DNA of 63,461 nucleotides from a virus (Duplodnaviria > Caudoviricetes). Under the pieces are notes generated by a model that ran no database searches, was not told the origin of the DNA, and saw nothing but the letters and a program-made list of their open reading frames with translations. The stretch lies in the IMG/VR virus record IMGVR_UViG_3300009503_000033, positions 1-63,461 of that record; one strand, given 5' to 3'. Shown here piece after piece: positions 18,931 through 28,126 of the stretch (positions are counted from its first letter, which is position 1; the number at the start of each line of letters is the position of its first letter). Made by a program: the position numbers and the translations under genes.

Positions 18931-19054
18931 GGGAGCAGTAGCAGTCCAAAATAGCAGCTGGGGCGGGATTACCTCCCTCGCCTTCTGCCTCGCCAGTCCC
19001 CTCTTCTACTTGTGCTTTAGTACCAGCTGCAACTGGGCAGATGCTACTGCTCCC
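18931..19054 (+). ncRNA. Putative structured ncRNA or 5' leader (nested stems)
   Basis: 13-bp perfect terminal stem, 8-bp inner stem, GC-rich, intergenic. Confidence 0.5.
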
Positions 19055-19060
19055 TAAGCT

Positions 19061-19080
19061 AATTTTATGTAATTCAAATT
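19061..19080. promoter_or_regulatory. Palindromic operator-like site AATTTTATGTAATTCAAATT
   Basis: Exact inverted copy of 13871-13890; directly before the ATPase RBS. Confidence 0.7.
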
Positions 19081-19091
19081 GGTGATATATA

Positions 19092-20345
19092 ATGACAGAT
19101 GGTTACGATGCTTTGATAGTGAACACTCCTCAAGAATTAAAGAAGGTACTGGTTCTGGCTATGAAGAAGGTCAGGTACCAGCTTGAAGTAAAGCATAATA
19201 CCAAGCAGAAGGGCATATTTGTTTGGGGAGAGATGGGCATAGGCAAGGATGAAATAATGGATGAAGCTACTTATGAGGTCTATGGTAATGATGCCTTCAT
19301 TATAGACTTAAGGCTGGCTGGTAGGGAGCCAGTGGATGTTTTAGGCATACCAGACCTAAAGTACCTGATAAGATGGAAGGAGAACAAGGATAGTGACTAT
19401 ACCAAGCAGCAATACTTGAATAAGGACTTAGCTGTAGAACTGTTAAGGCAACTTGGAGCTGATAGGGTAAGCATAGGAGCAGGAAGGACAGTATTCAATC
19501 CAACCTTTCCAGACCTTGCAGGTAGGAAAGGTGTAATTAAGTTTGGTGAGCTGAATTTAGGTGCTGTAGCTACCCAGCATGCTGCTTACAGCTGGATATA
19601 TGATAGGTTCGTAGGTGATACCCACCTACCAGATACAGTTCAGATACTGGCTAATGGCAATACAAGGTCAAGCAGAGCAGGTGTGAGGGAAGTACCAGCT
19701 CCATTGCTCAATAGGTTCAGGCATATAGAAATCAGACCGCCTAAAAGGGAATATGACAACCTTGTAGAATGGGTAGAGAGCTGGACTAACTATATGATAG
19801 CAAGGGGAGGAGACCCTAGAGTAATAGCCTACATCAATACCTACCCCGATGACCTATACCTATACGATGAGAAGAAGGTAGAAAGAGCATTTGCTACACC
19901 ACGTACTTGGACATTCCTAAGCGATGACATAAGTGGAATAGAGGACTTGGATACTTTAGAGCAACTATCAGCTATGCATATAGGCACTGGTTTAGCTCAT
20001 AAGTTTGCCTCTTTTGTAAGGTTTAGTCAGGAGTTTGACCTTGATAAGCTGTATAAGTACCCAGAAAAGACTATGGGTGACTTTGACAAGTGGGAAGTAA
20101 GCAAGAAATATGCCTATGTTCTGGCATACAGTAATGACCTGCTAAGCAAGTTCCATAAGGCTACTACCGATAAGGAGAAGGATAACATAGCTAAATTATA
20201 TATTGACATTCTGGCTCTAACTCCAGTGGAATTTAAAATTCTGGGTATTAAATTAGGTTCTACCTCTAAAGAACTTAGGCAGAAGTGGATTAGCAGTCAA
20301 TACTTTACTAGGAAGCTTGGTGATGTATTGAAGTATATAGGATGA
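19092..20345 (+). CDS. MoxR-like AAA+ ATPase
   Basis: WGEMGIGK Walker A, IDLRL, ELN, ANGN, PLLNRF, FATPRTW motifs. Confidence 0.85.
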   Translation: MTDGYDALIVNTPQELKKVLVLAMKKVRYQLEVKHNTKQKGIFVWGEMGIGKDEIMDEATYEVYGNDAFIIDLRLAGREPVDVLGIPDLKYLIRWKENKDSDYTKQQYLNKDLAVELLRQLGADRVSIGAGRTVFNPTFPDLAGRKGVIKFGELNLGAVATQHAAYSWIYDRFVGDTHLPDTVQILANGNTRSSRAGVREVPAPLLNRFRHIEIRPPKREYDNLVEWVESWTNYMIARGGDPRVIAYINTYPDDLYLYDEKKVERAFATPRTWTFLSDDISGIEDLDTLEQLSAMHIGTGLAHKFASFVRFSQEFDLDKLYKYPEKTMGDFDKWEVSKKYAYVLAYSNDLLSKFHKATTDKEKDNIAKLYIDILALTPVEFKILGIKLGSTSKELRQKWISSQYFTRKLGDVLKYIG

Positions 20346-20349
20346 TAGG

Positions 20350-21567
20350 ATGCTAACAGGTAGGGAAAAGCTTGTACGTGCTAGGGTAAAGCTCAAATTG
20401 ACACACCCATTCTTTGGTTATCTATCCCTATACTTAGATTTTATAGAGGATGAAAACATAGAAACAATAGGTGAAACACGGAATGGTGAGCTACATTACA
20501 ATCCAGACTTTACTGATGGACTTGATGAAGACATGCTTAGGTTCGTGCTATGTCATGAGCTGGTTCATTTAGCCTTATTGCATCCAGAAAGACAGGGCAA
20601 TAGAAACAAGATGGTTATCATTCAGGGTATTGATGGCAAACCACAACCAGTAAGTTTGTGGAACTTAGCTTGTGATATAGCTGTTAATGGGGAACTAAGA
20701 AAGAATTTAAAATTATTCAATCTGGATGAGCTTCCTGCTGGCAGTATATATCACCCTAAGTTTGATGGCAAGTGTGCTGAGGAAATATACGATATGCTGG
20801 ATAGAGAGATTCAGTCTAATAAGAAGCTACCTGTGGGCATAGGATATCAACCATTTGATAAACACCTATGGGAGGAGCCTTCTGGTGGTAATAAGGCTGC
20901 TGTAAAGAAGAATGACTGGAGCAGGATAGTTCAGGAAGCTAGGATATTTGCTGATAGATTTAAAGGTGATGTCCCTGGTGGTATGCTCAGGGAGATAGAC
21001 GAGCTGCTGCAGCCCAGACTCAGGACTAGGGACTTGCTAAAGAAGGCAATAGTAGAGAAGCTGAGCAGTGAATACAACTGGCTACAACCATCCAGAAGGT
21101 ATTACCAGACAGGAGTATATACACCAGGTATGAAGAATGGAGAAGCAGTAGAAGTAGCTATAATAGTAGATACCAGTGGGTCAATGAACAAGAGAGAAAT
21201 AGCTCAATCACTTACAGAAGTCAAGGCTATATTTGAGGAGTATGAACAGGCTAAAGTAATCCTGATGGATGTTGATGCTAAGGTTTACTCATTATGGGTA
21301 ATAGAGAGCGTAAGCCAATTGCTGGATAAGGTAAAGGAAATAAAAGGAGGAGAAGGTACTTCCTATATTCCAGCCTTTAAGAAGCTAAATGAAATGGTAG
21401 AGAATGGACAGAAGATAAGGTTGGCTATTCTATTTGGTGACTTAATGGGTGACTTCCCCAAGGAGAAGCCTCCATACGACGTGATTCTAGTAGCTACTAA
21501 ACGTGATGTAGAGAAGGAATGGGTAGACAAGGCTTCCAGAATAGGCTCTGTTATATACTTGGAGTAG
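20350..21567 (+). CDS. Metallopeptidase-like/VWA domain protein (DUF2201-like)
   Basis: HELVH, WNLACDIAVN, VDTSGSM MIDAS motif, GGEGT; usual partner of the upstream ATPase. Confidence 0.85.
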   Translation: MLTGREKLVRARVKLKLTHPFFGYLSLYLDFIEDENIETIGETRNGELHYNPDFTDGLDEDMLRFVLCHELVHLALLHPERQGNRNKMVIIQGIDGKPQPVSLWNLACDIAVNGELRKNLKLFNLDELPAGSIYHPKFDGKCAEEIYDMLDREIQSNKKLPVGIGYQPFDKHLWEEPSGGNKAAVKKNDWSRIVQEARIFADRFKGDVPGGMLREIDELLQPRLRTRDLLKKAIVEKLSSEYNWLQPSRRYYQTGVYTPGMKNGEAVEVAIIVDTSGSMNKREIAQSLTEVKAIFEEYEQAKVILMDVDAKVYSLWVIESVSQLLDKVKEIKGGEGTSYIPAFKKLNEMVENGQKIRLAILFGDLMGDFPKEKPPYDVILVATKRDVEKEWVDKASRIGSVIYLE

Positions 21568-21915
21568 GTGTTAATGAGAAGGAAATTAATAGGTTATTTA
21601 AAATGGGGTAACAATAGGTACTTTGTAGACCTTATAGCCCTTAAGCAGGAATACACTTCCAATCAGTTTGCCCTAGCTATAATTGTAAATCAGGATAAGG
21701 TCATAAGGGTATTCAAGGTACTGGAGAAGATATGGGATAAAGCATACATAAAGAAGGGTTTCAATGATGAAATATTTGAAATAAGGATGTCTGGAGAGCT
21801 GGATGACATAGTAAGCATTATAAATAAGTTGGATGGTATGCTGGACTTAAGAGTAGATATTTTCAAGGCTGTTAATGAGCTAATTATGGGTGTTCTGGAT
21901 GATAGTAGTGGATAA
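21568..21915 (+). CDS. Hypothetical protein
   Basis: C-terminus AVNELIMGV resembles that of the next ORF (AVNELIVNGV). Confidence 0.6.
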   Translation: MLMRRKLIGYLKWGNNRYFVDLIALKQEYTSNQFALAIIVNQDKVIRVFKVLEKIWDKAYIKKGFNDEIFEIRMSGELDDIVSIINKLDGMLDLRVDIFKAVNELIMGVLDDSSG

Positions 21916-22255
21916 GAAAAGACGGTGTATTATAGAGGTAGAGGAGAAGAGTTGCTTAGGAACTACCTCTGACATTTCCAATGGAGAGCTTATTCGTCCA
22001 GTTCTTACTTGTTCCCATTGTGGAGCTAAAATATACATGGATAAGAAGACAGAAGAAGCAATTGCACATGACTATACTGTAGGACAGTTTCTTGATACAA
22101 AGAAGCTGTCCATCAGCTGCTGTACTGACCCTTCTTTCTACTTTACTGACTTTAGCACTAATTATATAATTAAGTTACGTAAATTTAAAACTAAGAAGGA
22201 GTTTGATGTTGCTGTCAATGAGCTGATTGTAAATGGTGTTACTCATGAAAGGTAA
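21890..22255 (+). CDS. Cys-containing hypothetical protein
   Basis: CSHC...CC. Confidence 0.55.
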   Translation: MFWMIVVDKKRRCIIEVEEKSCLGTTSDISNGELIRPVLTCSHCGAKIYMDKKTEEAIAHDYTVGQFLDTKKLSISCCTDPSFYFTDFSTNYIIKLRKFKTKKEFDVAVNELIVNGVTHER

Positions 22256-22424
22256 CAAGAAGGAAGGTAAAGGCTTTAAGTGTACCAAATGCTCTAAAGA
22301 ACTATTCCATTCCTGTTATATGGTTGTCTATTCTTTGATAGATGAAACAGGGAGAGCCTATGAACCATCCAGAATAGTAGCTATCCTATGCGAGAAGTGC
22401 TGGAAGAGCAGTAATTTAATGTAA
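22233..22424 (+). CDS. Zn-finger protein
   Basis: CTKC...CEKC. Confidence 0.55.
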   Translation: MVLLMKGNKKEGKGFKCTKCSKELFHSCYMVVYSLIDETGRAYEPSRIVAILCEKCWKSSNLM

Positions 22425-22426
22425 CA

Positions 22427-23194
22427 ATGAATGGATGTGAGTGTATGAAGGAAGACATACAGAAGCAAATAGACCAGCTACCTGTATTCGTATTGAGGGA
22501 TGTAGCCATTTCATGTAACAACGAATGGCAAGTACAGAGGCATTTCAAGGCGGTAACTGAGGCTGATAATGCTATAGCCATAGAGGTAGTAAGCTCCCAA
22601 TACAAGCTGGTTCAGTTTAGAGACTTGTTCCATACAGCCATACAGAACCTACCTGATGACATAGAAGGCAAGATATGGTATTATTTTGGCATAGGGGAGA
22701 TGGATGTATTTCCTGTAGGAGAACAGGTAGGACTTACAATAAAGAACAGTGTGGATAGAAGACAGGCTGTAAGAATAGACTTAGCTGTAAGGGTAAATAC
22801 CCATGTCCTTACCTTACCAAGCAAGGTAATTCCATCATTCAGAAAGATGCACAGGGGTATGGTAAACATAGAAGCTAAGAACTTCTTAGAGGTAGTAGGA
22901 GAGCTTAGGGATGCTTGGAATACTATAGTAACCAAGATGAATACCACTAAGCTTACAGAGGAGATAGTTACTGAACTGCTCAAGTTGAAGCTGAACAAGA
23001 CCCTTAAGGATGTAATTTTAAATTCTACCTCTGCTCCCAACTGGCAGGAACTTACTCTCTGGGAGCTGTTTCTGAAGCTGATAGATACAGTCAATAGAAG
23101 GCATTATAAAACAGAATTACATAAAAGATGGAAATTAAGGCAACTGGGTAATGTAATTTTAAATTACTGCATGTTGCTACAACTACAGTCGTGA
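22427..23194 (+). CDS. DUF932/DUF945-like protein
   Basis: VVSSQYKLVQ, I.NSVD and H motifs resemble this phage/plasmid family. Confidence 0.5.
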   Translation: MNGCECMKEDIQKQIDQLPVFVLRDVAISCNNEWQVQRHFKAVTEADNAIAIEVVSSQYKLVQFRDLFHTAIQNLPDDIEGKIWYYFGIGEMDVFPVGEQVGLTIKNSVDRRQAVRIDLAVRVNTHVLTLPSKVIPSFRKMHRGMVNIEAKNFLEVVGELRDAWNTIVTKMNTTKLTEEIVTELLKLKLNKTLKDVILNSTSAPNWQELTLWELFLKLIDTVNRRHYKTELHKRWKLRQLGNVILNYCMLLQLQS

Positions 23195-23904
23195 GGAGTA
23201 TGGAAGTGGAAGTGACCAATGATAAGTTTCTGGAGGCTCTATTCCCTCCTTGGGAATACATACAGGCTGCTGATACACCTCTCTATGAGAATGTGATTAT
23301 ATATGGAGCACAGGGTATGGGTAAGACTACTACTTGGAGATACTTAGTAGCCAAGGCAAGAGAGAAATACGGTCCAAATAGGGTCAATGCTGTCTACAGT
23401 GAAGATATAGAGGCATTACTAAAGTATGGTCTTAAGAGTGGTAAACCCATACAAATACTGGTAGCTGAGGATGTAACCCTATCTGACCCTCCTGATGAGG
23501 CTTATAAGGAGTTCTTTACCCTTAGACACAAATTGGACACAGGAAAAGGCTTGGTTATTACAATCAGCACAGTACATGACTTCTTCTGTCTAAAGAAGTT
23601 CGTTAGGACTTACTTCCAGTTCCTACTGCTCAATAATGCCCCTACCAATCAATATGACTACTACAGGATACGACAGTATGTGGGTAAGGATATGCTGGAA
23701 CAGCTATATGAACTGACCAAACTGAAGCACTATGACCACGATGCTAAGGCATATGTAGGCTACTGGTTCTTGGGTACTAAGGGATTCATTAAGGTAGAGC
23801 CAGTACCAATTCATGTAATTCAAATTCCACCTATAGAAGAGGATGAAATATATACTCCATTCTCCAAGTGGGATAAAGTATTAAAATATGTAATTAATAA
23901 GTGA
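23191..23904 (+). CDS. P-loop NTPase
   Basis: YGAQGMGKTT Walker A, LVAED Walker B-like. Confidence 0.75.
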   Translation: MRSMEVEVTNDKFLEALFPPWEYIQAADTPLYENVIIYGAQGMGKTTTWRYLVAKAREKYGPNRVNAVYSEDIEALLKYGLKSGKPIQILVAEDVTLSDPPDEAYKEFFTLRHKLDTGKGLVITISTVHDFFCLKKFVRTYFQFLLLNNAPTNQYDYYRIRQYVGKDMLEQLYELTKLKHYDHDAKAYVGYWFLGTKGFIKVEPVPIHVIQIPPIEEDEIYTPFSKWDKVLKYVINK

Positions 23905-23909
23905 TTTGT

Positions 23910-24053
23910 ATGCCTAAGAAGATTAAAAGAAAGACATTAGATGAGTTGCTGGATGAAGTACGGCTGGAGCCAGAAGAGAATGTTGATGACAGCGAGGAAC
24001 CAGAAGGAGCAGAAAACTACTATGACTTAGATGACGAAGATACAGATGAGTAA
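23910..24053 (+). CDS. Small acidic protein (47 aa, absent from ORF track)
   Basis: MPKKIKRK...YYDLDDEDTDE; GTGA RBS. Confidence 0.5.
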   Translation: MPKKIKRKTLDELLDEVRLEPEENVDDSEEPEGAENYYDLDDEDTDE

Positions 24054-24099
24054 CGAGACAGGGAATAGCCTTATAAAGGTGATATAATAATGAAGAATT

Positions 24100-24663
24100 A
24101 TGGTGACATACCATACCTATTCCTATATGAAGGCTTGGCGAGAAAAGAACAAGGAAAGATTAAAGGAATACAGAAGGAAATACTACCTCTTGCATAAAGA
24201 CAAGGAAAGAGAGAATAACTTAAAATGGCGTTCTCAACATAAAGACCGACAAAGGGAGTGGATGCGGAAGTATGCTAAAGAACAATATCATTCAAATCTA
24301 GCCTTTAAGCAAAAGGTTTTGCAGAGAAAGAAGAAATATTATCACCTAAATAAGGAGGAAATCAGAATGGCTATAAGAAAAGAATATCAGAAGGTCAGAG
24401 CTGAGCTTTTAGTTCTGCTTGGCAATAAATGTGTGAAATGTGGATACTCAAATCAAAAGGCATTATGCTTTGACCATATTTATGGTAATGGAAAAGAAGA
24501 TAGAAAAAGATTTAATAGAAACAATTTTCGATTAATGAAATATTATTTGGAACATCCAGAAGAGGCTAAGCAGAAGCTACAAATACTTTGTGCAAACTGT
24601 AACATGATAAAGGCTTATGATATGGGTGAATGTAGGAAAAGTTTAAAATGGAATGGTACTTAG
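24100..24663 (+). CDS. Free-standing HNH-type endonuclease
   Basis: Basic helical N-terminus, CVKCG, FDHI, LQILCANCN. Confidence 0.75.
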   Translation: MVTYHTYSYMKAWREKNKERLKEYRRKYYLLHKDKERENNLKWRSQHKDRQREWMRKYAKEQYHSNLAFKQKVLQRKKKYYHLNKEEIRMAIRKEYQKVRAELLVLLGNKCVKCGYSNQKALCFDHIYGNGKEDRKRFNRNNFRLMKYYLEHPEEAKQKLQILCANCNMIKAYDMGECRKSLKWNGT

Positions 24664-24713
24664 ACGAGGAAGAAGATGATGAATAGCTTTATATAATAAG
24701 GATACAGTATCGT

Positions 24714-25079
24714 ATGGTAATGGATATGAGGAAGGAGAAGCTAAAGGTATCACTTGGGTTGCCTAGAGCCATTCTATTCATAGTGTCGCTCCTAATACCT
24801 TGTATAGGGTACTTTGTCTATGGTGGTTGGAATGGCTTTATGGCTATGCTGGTCTATGAGGCAGTGCTGGGTCTATCAACAATACTATCTGTAATACCAT
24901 TCATAGGTGTCATACTGGTAGTCTTTATTGACTATTTCTGGCTTATGCCCTCAGTATTCAGCCTAACAGGAATAGGAGAGACTTGGCTAACCATAGTAGT
25001 ATTCCTAATTGTAGTAACAATAAGCCTGATAGTGTGCCTTGTAATGTCAATGGTAGCACTTATGCTCACAAGGGATTGA
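24714..25079 (+). CDS. Multi-pass membrane protein
   Basis: Three to four hydrophobic segments. Confidence 0.7.
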   Translation: MVMDMRKEKLKVSLGLPRAILFIVSLLIPCIGYFVYGGWNGFMAMLVYEAVLGLSTILSVIPFIGVILVVFIDYFWLMPSVFSLTGIGETWLTIVVFLIVVTISLIVCLVMSMVALMLTRD

Positions 25080-25080
25080 T

Positions 25081-25419
25081 ATGTGTGATACATACCTTCA
25101 TAAGTGCTGTGTAAAAGGCTGTAAGGAAAGACTGCCATGGCATATAGCTGACTTTAAGTACCCTAGAGAGAAATTTAAAATGTGGTGTCAGAAGCACTTG
25201 CTCAAGGCACCTGGAGAAGTTGTATTTTATGCTGTAGCTACCAAGGGCAAGTGGACTTGGACAGTTAATGGTTATGACACGCCAGATGAGTTTGAAATAT
25301 GGGCTGTAAGTGGACCAGAAACAGGTGACTATAATAACCATCCCAACTTGCCAATTACTTCCTATAGAATGCTGTCAAGGTACGATGTAGAATACTTGCT
25401 GGGTGATATAGTCGATTGA
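25081..25419 (+). CDS. Cys/His-containing hypothetical protein
   Basis: CC..GC, CQKH. Confidence 0.55.
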   Translation: MCDTYLHKCCVKGCKERLPWHIADFKYPREKFKMWCQKHLLKAPGEVVFYAVATKGKWTWTVNGYDTPDEFEIWAVSGPETGDYNNHPNLPITSYRMLSRYDVEYLLGDIVD

Positions 25420-25442
25420 AATAAATTAAAAGAGGTGGTTAG

Positions 25443-25583
25443 ATGGCTAGGGCAGTAAAGTGTCCTGCCTGCGGCGGGAGCGGCAAAATTTACCTTCCCG
25501 CAGGGGAATGGACGACGGCGGGTCCGACTTACGTCACCTGCAACAGTTGTGGAGGCAGGGGCTGGGTTGAGGTGAGTGAATGA
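25443..25583 (+). CDS. Micro Zn-finger protein, DnaJ-type CxxCxGxG twice (46 aa)
   Basis: CPACGGSG...CNSCGGRG; GAGGTGG RBS. Confidence 0.65.
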   Translation: MARAVKCPACGGSGKIYLPAGEWTTAGPTYVTCNSCGGRGWVEVSE

Positions 25584-25729
25584 GCGACATAAGGAGCGGA
25601 GAGGAAATAAGGTATTGGTTAAGGGAAGTAGAGAAGGTATCTGACAAGGAATATCTAAGACGCTCTCCTAAGAGGCTCAGTACAAGGCAACACGTTATTG
25701 CAGTATTGCGATGGGTTCTCTGTGAGTAA
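25580..25729 (+). CDS. Small protein IRSGEEI...LRWVL (49 aa)
   Basis: ATGA overlap; paralog-like to 17788-17940. Confidence 0.55.
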   Translation: MSDIRSGEEIRYWLREVEKVSDKEYLRRSPKRLSTRQHVIAVLRWVLCE

Positions 25730-25824
25730 GGCAGTCGAAATGAGGAGCGAAGAACCTATCTGTGGCAAGGCGAACAGAAAGGCAGCTCTGGCGAGGAGTG
25801 AGGAAGAGATAAGAAGTGGAACAT

Positions 25825-25944
25825 ATGACTAAGACAAAGTGCCACAAATGCAATGGCACTGGATGGGAGCCTTCTTCAATGGGTCATGTTTATGTGCCCT
25901 GTCGCAACTGTGGGGGCGATGGATGGATTTTAATACCTAACTGA
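25825..25944 (+). CDS. Micro Zn-finger protein, CxxCxGxG twice (39 aa)
   Basis: CHKCNGTG...CRNCGGDG. Confidence 0.6.
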   Translation: MTKTKCHKCNGTGWEPSSMGHVYVPCRNCGGDGWILIPN

Positions 25945-26005
25945 ACTATCTAAATATGGTGAGAGTTTATAAGAAATGATGAAATATAGATAGGAGATGA
26001 GAACA

Positions 26006-26143
26006 ATGCCCAAAAGAGTGTCCAATAAAGGCATAGTGGTTGTATGTCCTAACTGTGGCTTGACCTATGTTACATTCTGGGTAGGACCAGACGACACCTT
26101 TGAATGCCCATATTGCCTAACTCAAGTAAGTATAGGAAATTGA
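26006..26143 (+). CDS. Micro Zn-ribbon protein (45 aa)
   Basis: CPNCG...CPYC; GGAG RBS. Confidence 0.6.
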   Translation: MPKRVSNKGIVVVCPNCGLTYVTFWVGPDDTFECPYCLTQVSIGN

Positions 26144-26164
26144 ATTACATAAAATGGTGGTACT

Positions 26165-26308
26165 GTGGTCTATCAGAGGCACTGGAGATACTGCAGACAC
26201 TGTAAGAAGGGATTTGTTCCAGTAGCCAGATTTCAGAAACTATGTCCAGACTGTATCAAGAAGAATAAGAAAGTCCTATCAAGATATAGGAATAGAGGAT
26301 TGTTATGA
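26165..26308 (+). CDS. Micro Zn-finger protein (47 aa, GTG start)
   Basis: CRHC...CPDC; ATGA overlap with the methyltransferase. Confidence 0.55.
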   Translation: MVYQRHWRYCRHCKKGFVPVARFQKLCPDCIKKNKKVLSRYRNRGLL

Positions 26309-27588
26309 AGCAGGATGATAATCTAAAGAAGTTGGATGAATATATAGCTAAGTTTGGTGTTCAGGAAAGTGAACCTAAGCAAGGAGAACCTCAACCGAAG
26401 CTAGTCAGGACTTTGGAAGATAAGGTCAATCAGATTATACTGGGAGACTGTCTGGACGTGCTTAATGCTATTCCAGATAACTCAATGGATTTAATAGCTA
26501 CAGACCCTCCTTATGGCATATCATTCATGGGGAAGGAATGGGATAGCTTCAATGAAGGAAGAGAACAGCCTTCTAAAATGATGAAGTTCTTTATACCTAT
26601 TTGGAAGGAGTGCTTGAGAGTTCTTAAGGATGGAGCCTTTGCCTTTGTTATGTGCTCACCAAGGCAAGATGTACTGTGTAAGCAAATTATAGCCCTTCAG
26701 GAGGCTGGGTTTGACACCAAATTTACCTCTATTTACTGGACTTATGCTACTGGATTTCCTAAGGCATATAATATAGCTAAAGAACTGAAGAATAGAGCAG
26801 CACCAGAAGCTGAAAGTTTGAATGGCTCCTATGGTGGATTCCAACCCAAACCAGCAGTAGAAGTTATAATAGTAGCCATGAAACCACTTTCTGAAGCTAC
26901 TTATGTAGAACAAGCTCTAAAGAACAGAAAGGGCATTACTTGGTTAGATGATTGTAGAATACCATACAGGGCAACGGAATCTCCCTCTGTTGGTGGAAGA
27001 CACAAGCGAAAAGGTAAGTGTATCACAACTGGAGATATGGAATATGGTTTCAAATCATTAGAGAATCCAGAAATCAACTTAAGAGGTCGATTTCCAGCCA
27101 ATCTTATAGTTAGTGATGATATTCTAAATGATGGAAGGATAACGACAACTAGACCTCATGGAGGTGATGGTAAGCCACTGGACACTAGGGAGCAAGGATG
27201 GGGTTTCAAAAGGATGCCATATGAAGGTTCTGATTCTGGTTCCTTCTCTCGTTATTTCGACCTAGATGCTTGGTTTGAGGCTGCATTCAATCAACTCCCA
27301 GAGAACGTCCAGAAGGTATTTCCTTTCCTGATAGTTCCAAAAGCAAGTAAAGGAGAGAGAGATAAGGGACTGGAGGATAAGAGGAATATCCATCCAACTG
27401 TTAAGCCTATCAAGTTAATGAGCTATTTAATAACTATGGGTAGTAGAGAAGGAGACATAGTTCTGGACCCATTTGTAGGTTCTGGTACTACAGCTATAGC
27501 TTGTAAGTTACTCAACAGGAGGTATATAGGTATAGACAATAATGAGGAGTATATAAAGATAGCTCAAGCTAGATTGAATAGTTGGTGA
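26305..27588 (+). CDS. DNA amino-methyltransferase (N6-A/N4-C, beta class)
   Basis: TDPPY, HPTVKP, LDPFVGSGTT. Confidence 0.92.
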   Translation: MKQDDNLKKLDEYIAKFGVQESEPKQGEPQPKLVRTLEDKVNQIILGDCLDVLNAIPDNSMDLIATDPPYGISFMGKEWDSFNEGREQPSKMMKFFIPIWKECLRVLKDGAFAFVMCSPRQDVLCKQIIALQEAGFDTKFTSIYWTYATGFPKAYNIAKELKNRAAPEAESLNGSYGGFQPKPAVEVIIVAMKPLSEATYVEQALKNRKGITWLDDCRIPYRATESPSVGGRHKRKGKCITTGDMEYGFKSLENPEINLRGRFPANLIVSDDILNDGRITTTRPHGGDGKPLDTREQGWGFKRMPYEGSDSGSFSRYFDLDAWFEAAFNQLPENVQKVFPFLIVPKASKGERDKGLEDKRNIHPTVKPIKLMSYLITMGSREGDIVLDPFVGSGTTAIACKLLNRRYIGIDNNEEYIKIAQARLNSW

Positions 27589-27592
27589 TAAT

Positions 27593-27763
27593 ATGGATAG
27601 AAGGACAAAGGAATTCATAAAGGATAACATTACAGCATTAGCTAAGGAGCACAAACTCAAATGTAATGGAAAGAATTGCAATGTACAGCTATTTTCTCTC
27701 TACTTAGTCTTGAAGGCACTTAGAATAGAACTTACAGAAGAGGACGAGAAAATACTTTGTTAG
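27593..27763 (+). CDS. Small hypothetical protein (56 aa)
   Basis: GGTGA RBS; fills the intergenic gap. Confidence 0.5.
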   Translation: MDRRTKEFIKDNITALAKEHKLKCNGKNCNVQLFSLYLVLKALRIELTEEDEKILC

Positions 27764-27778
27764 GATAATGGAGGGTTT

Positions 27779-28126
27779 ATGATGACCAGAAGTAATAATA
27801 AGGCAATAGGAAAGCCTGATTGGTGCTTAAGTACTGAAAGAGAGCTCAGTATGAAGGATTTAGTCAGGCTGAAGGATAAGTACCAGCACTTACTGGGACT
27901 TTGCTATTTAGGAATAGAGCTTAAAAAGACTGAGGGATGGATAGGATACTTAAAGAAGGGAGTAAATGACAGACATTGGATAATAGGAGCTTCTAATGAG
28001 AGAATTTTACTACATGAGCTACTGGAACTCTTATTGCTACAAAAGAAGGTAATAGGAAAGGAAATGATAATATTCTGTCTAACTAATGCCATACTGAAGC
28101 TAAAGGAGGTGAAGGTATGGGAGTAG
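27779..28126 (+). CDS. Hypothetical protein
   Basis: LHELLE, a weak HExxH-like motif. Confidence 0.55.
   Translation: MMTRSNNKAIGKPDWCLSTERELSMKDLVRLKDKYQHLLGLCYLGIELKKTEGWIGYLKKGVNDRHWIIGASNERILLHELLELLLLQKKVIGKEMIIFCLTNAILKLKEVKVWE

Noticed and set aside
18931-19054. tRNA gene
   Set aside because: No T-loop GTTCRA motif or cloverleaf geometry; the terminal stem is 13 bp.
26305-27588. Complete restriction-modification system
   Set aside because: No adjacent restriction endonuclease; orphan methyltransferases are ordinary in viruses.
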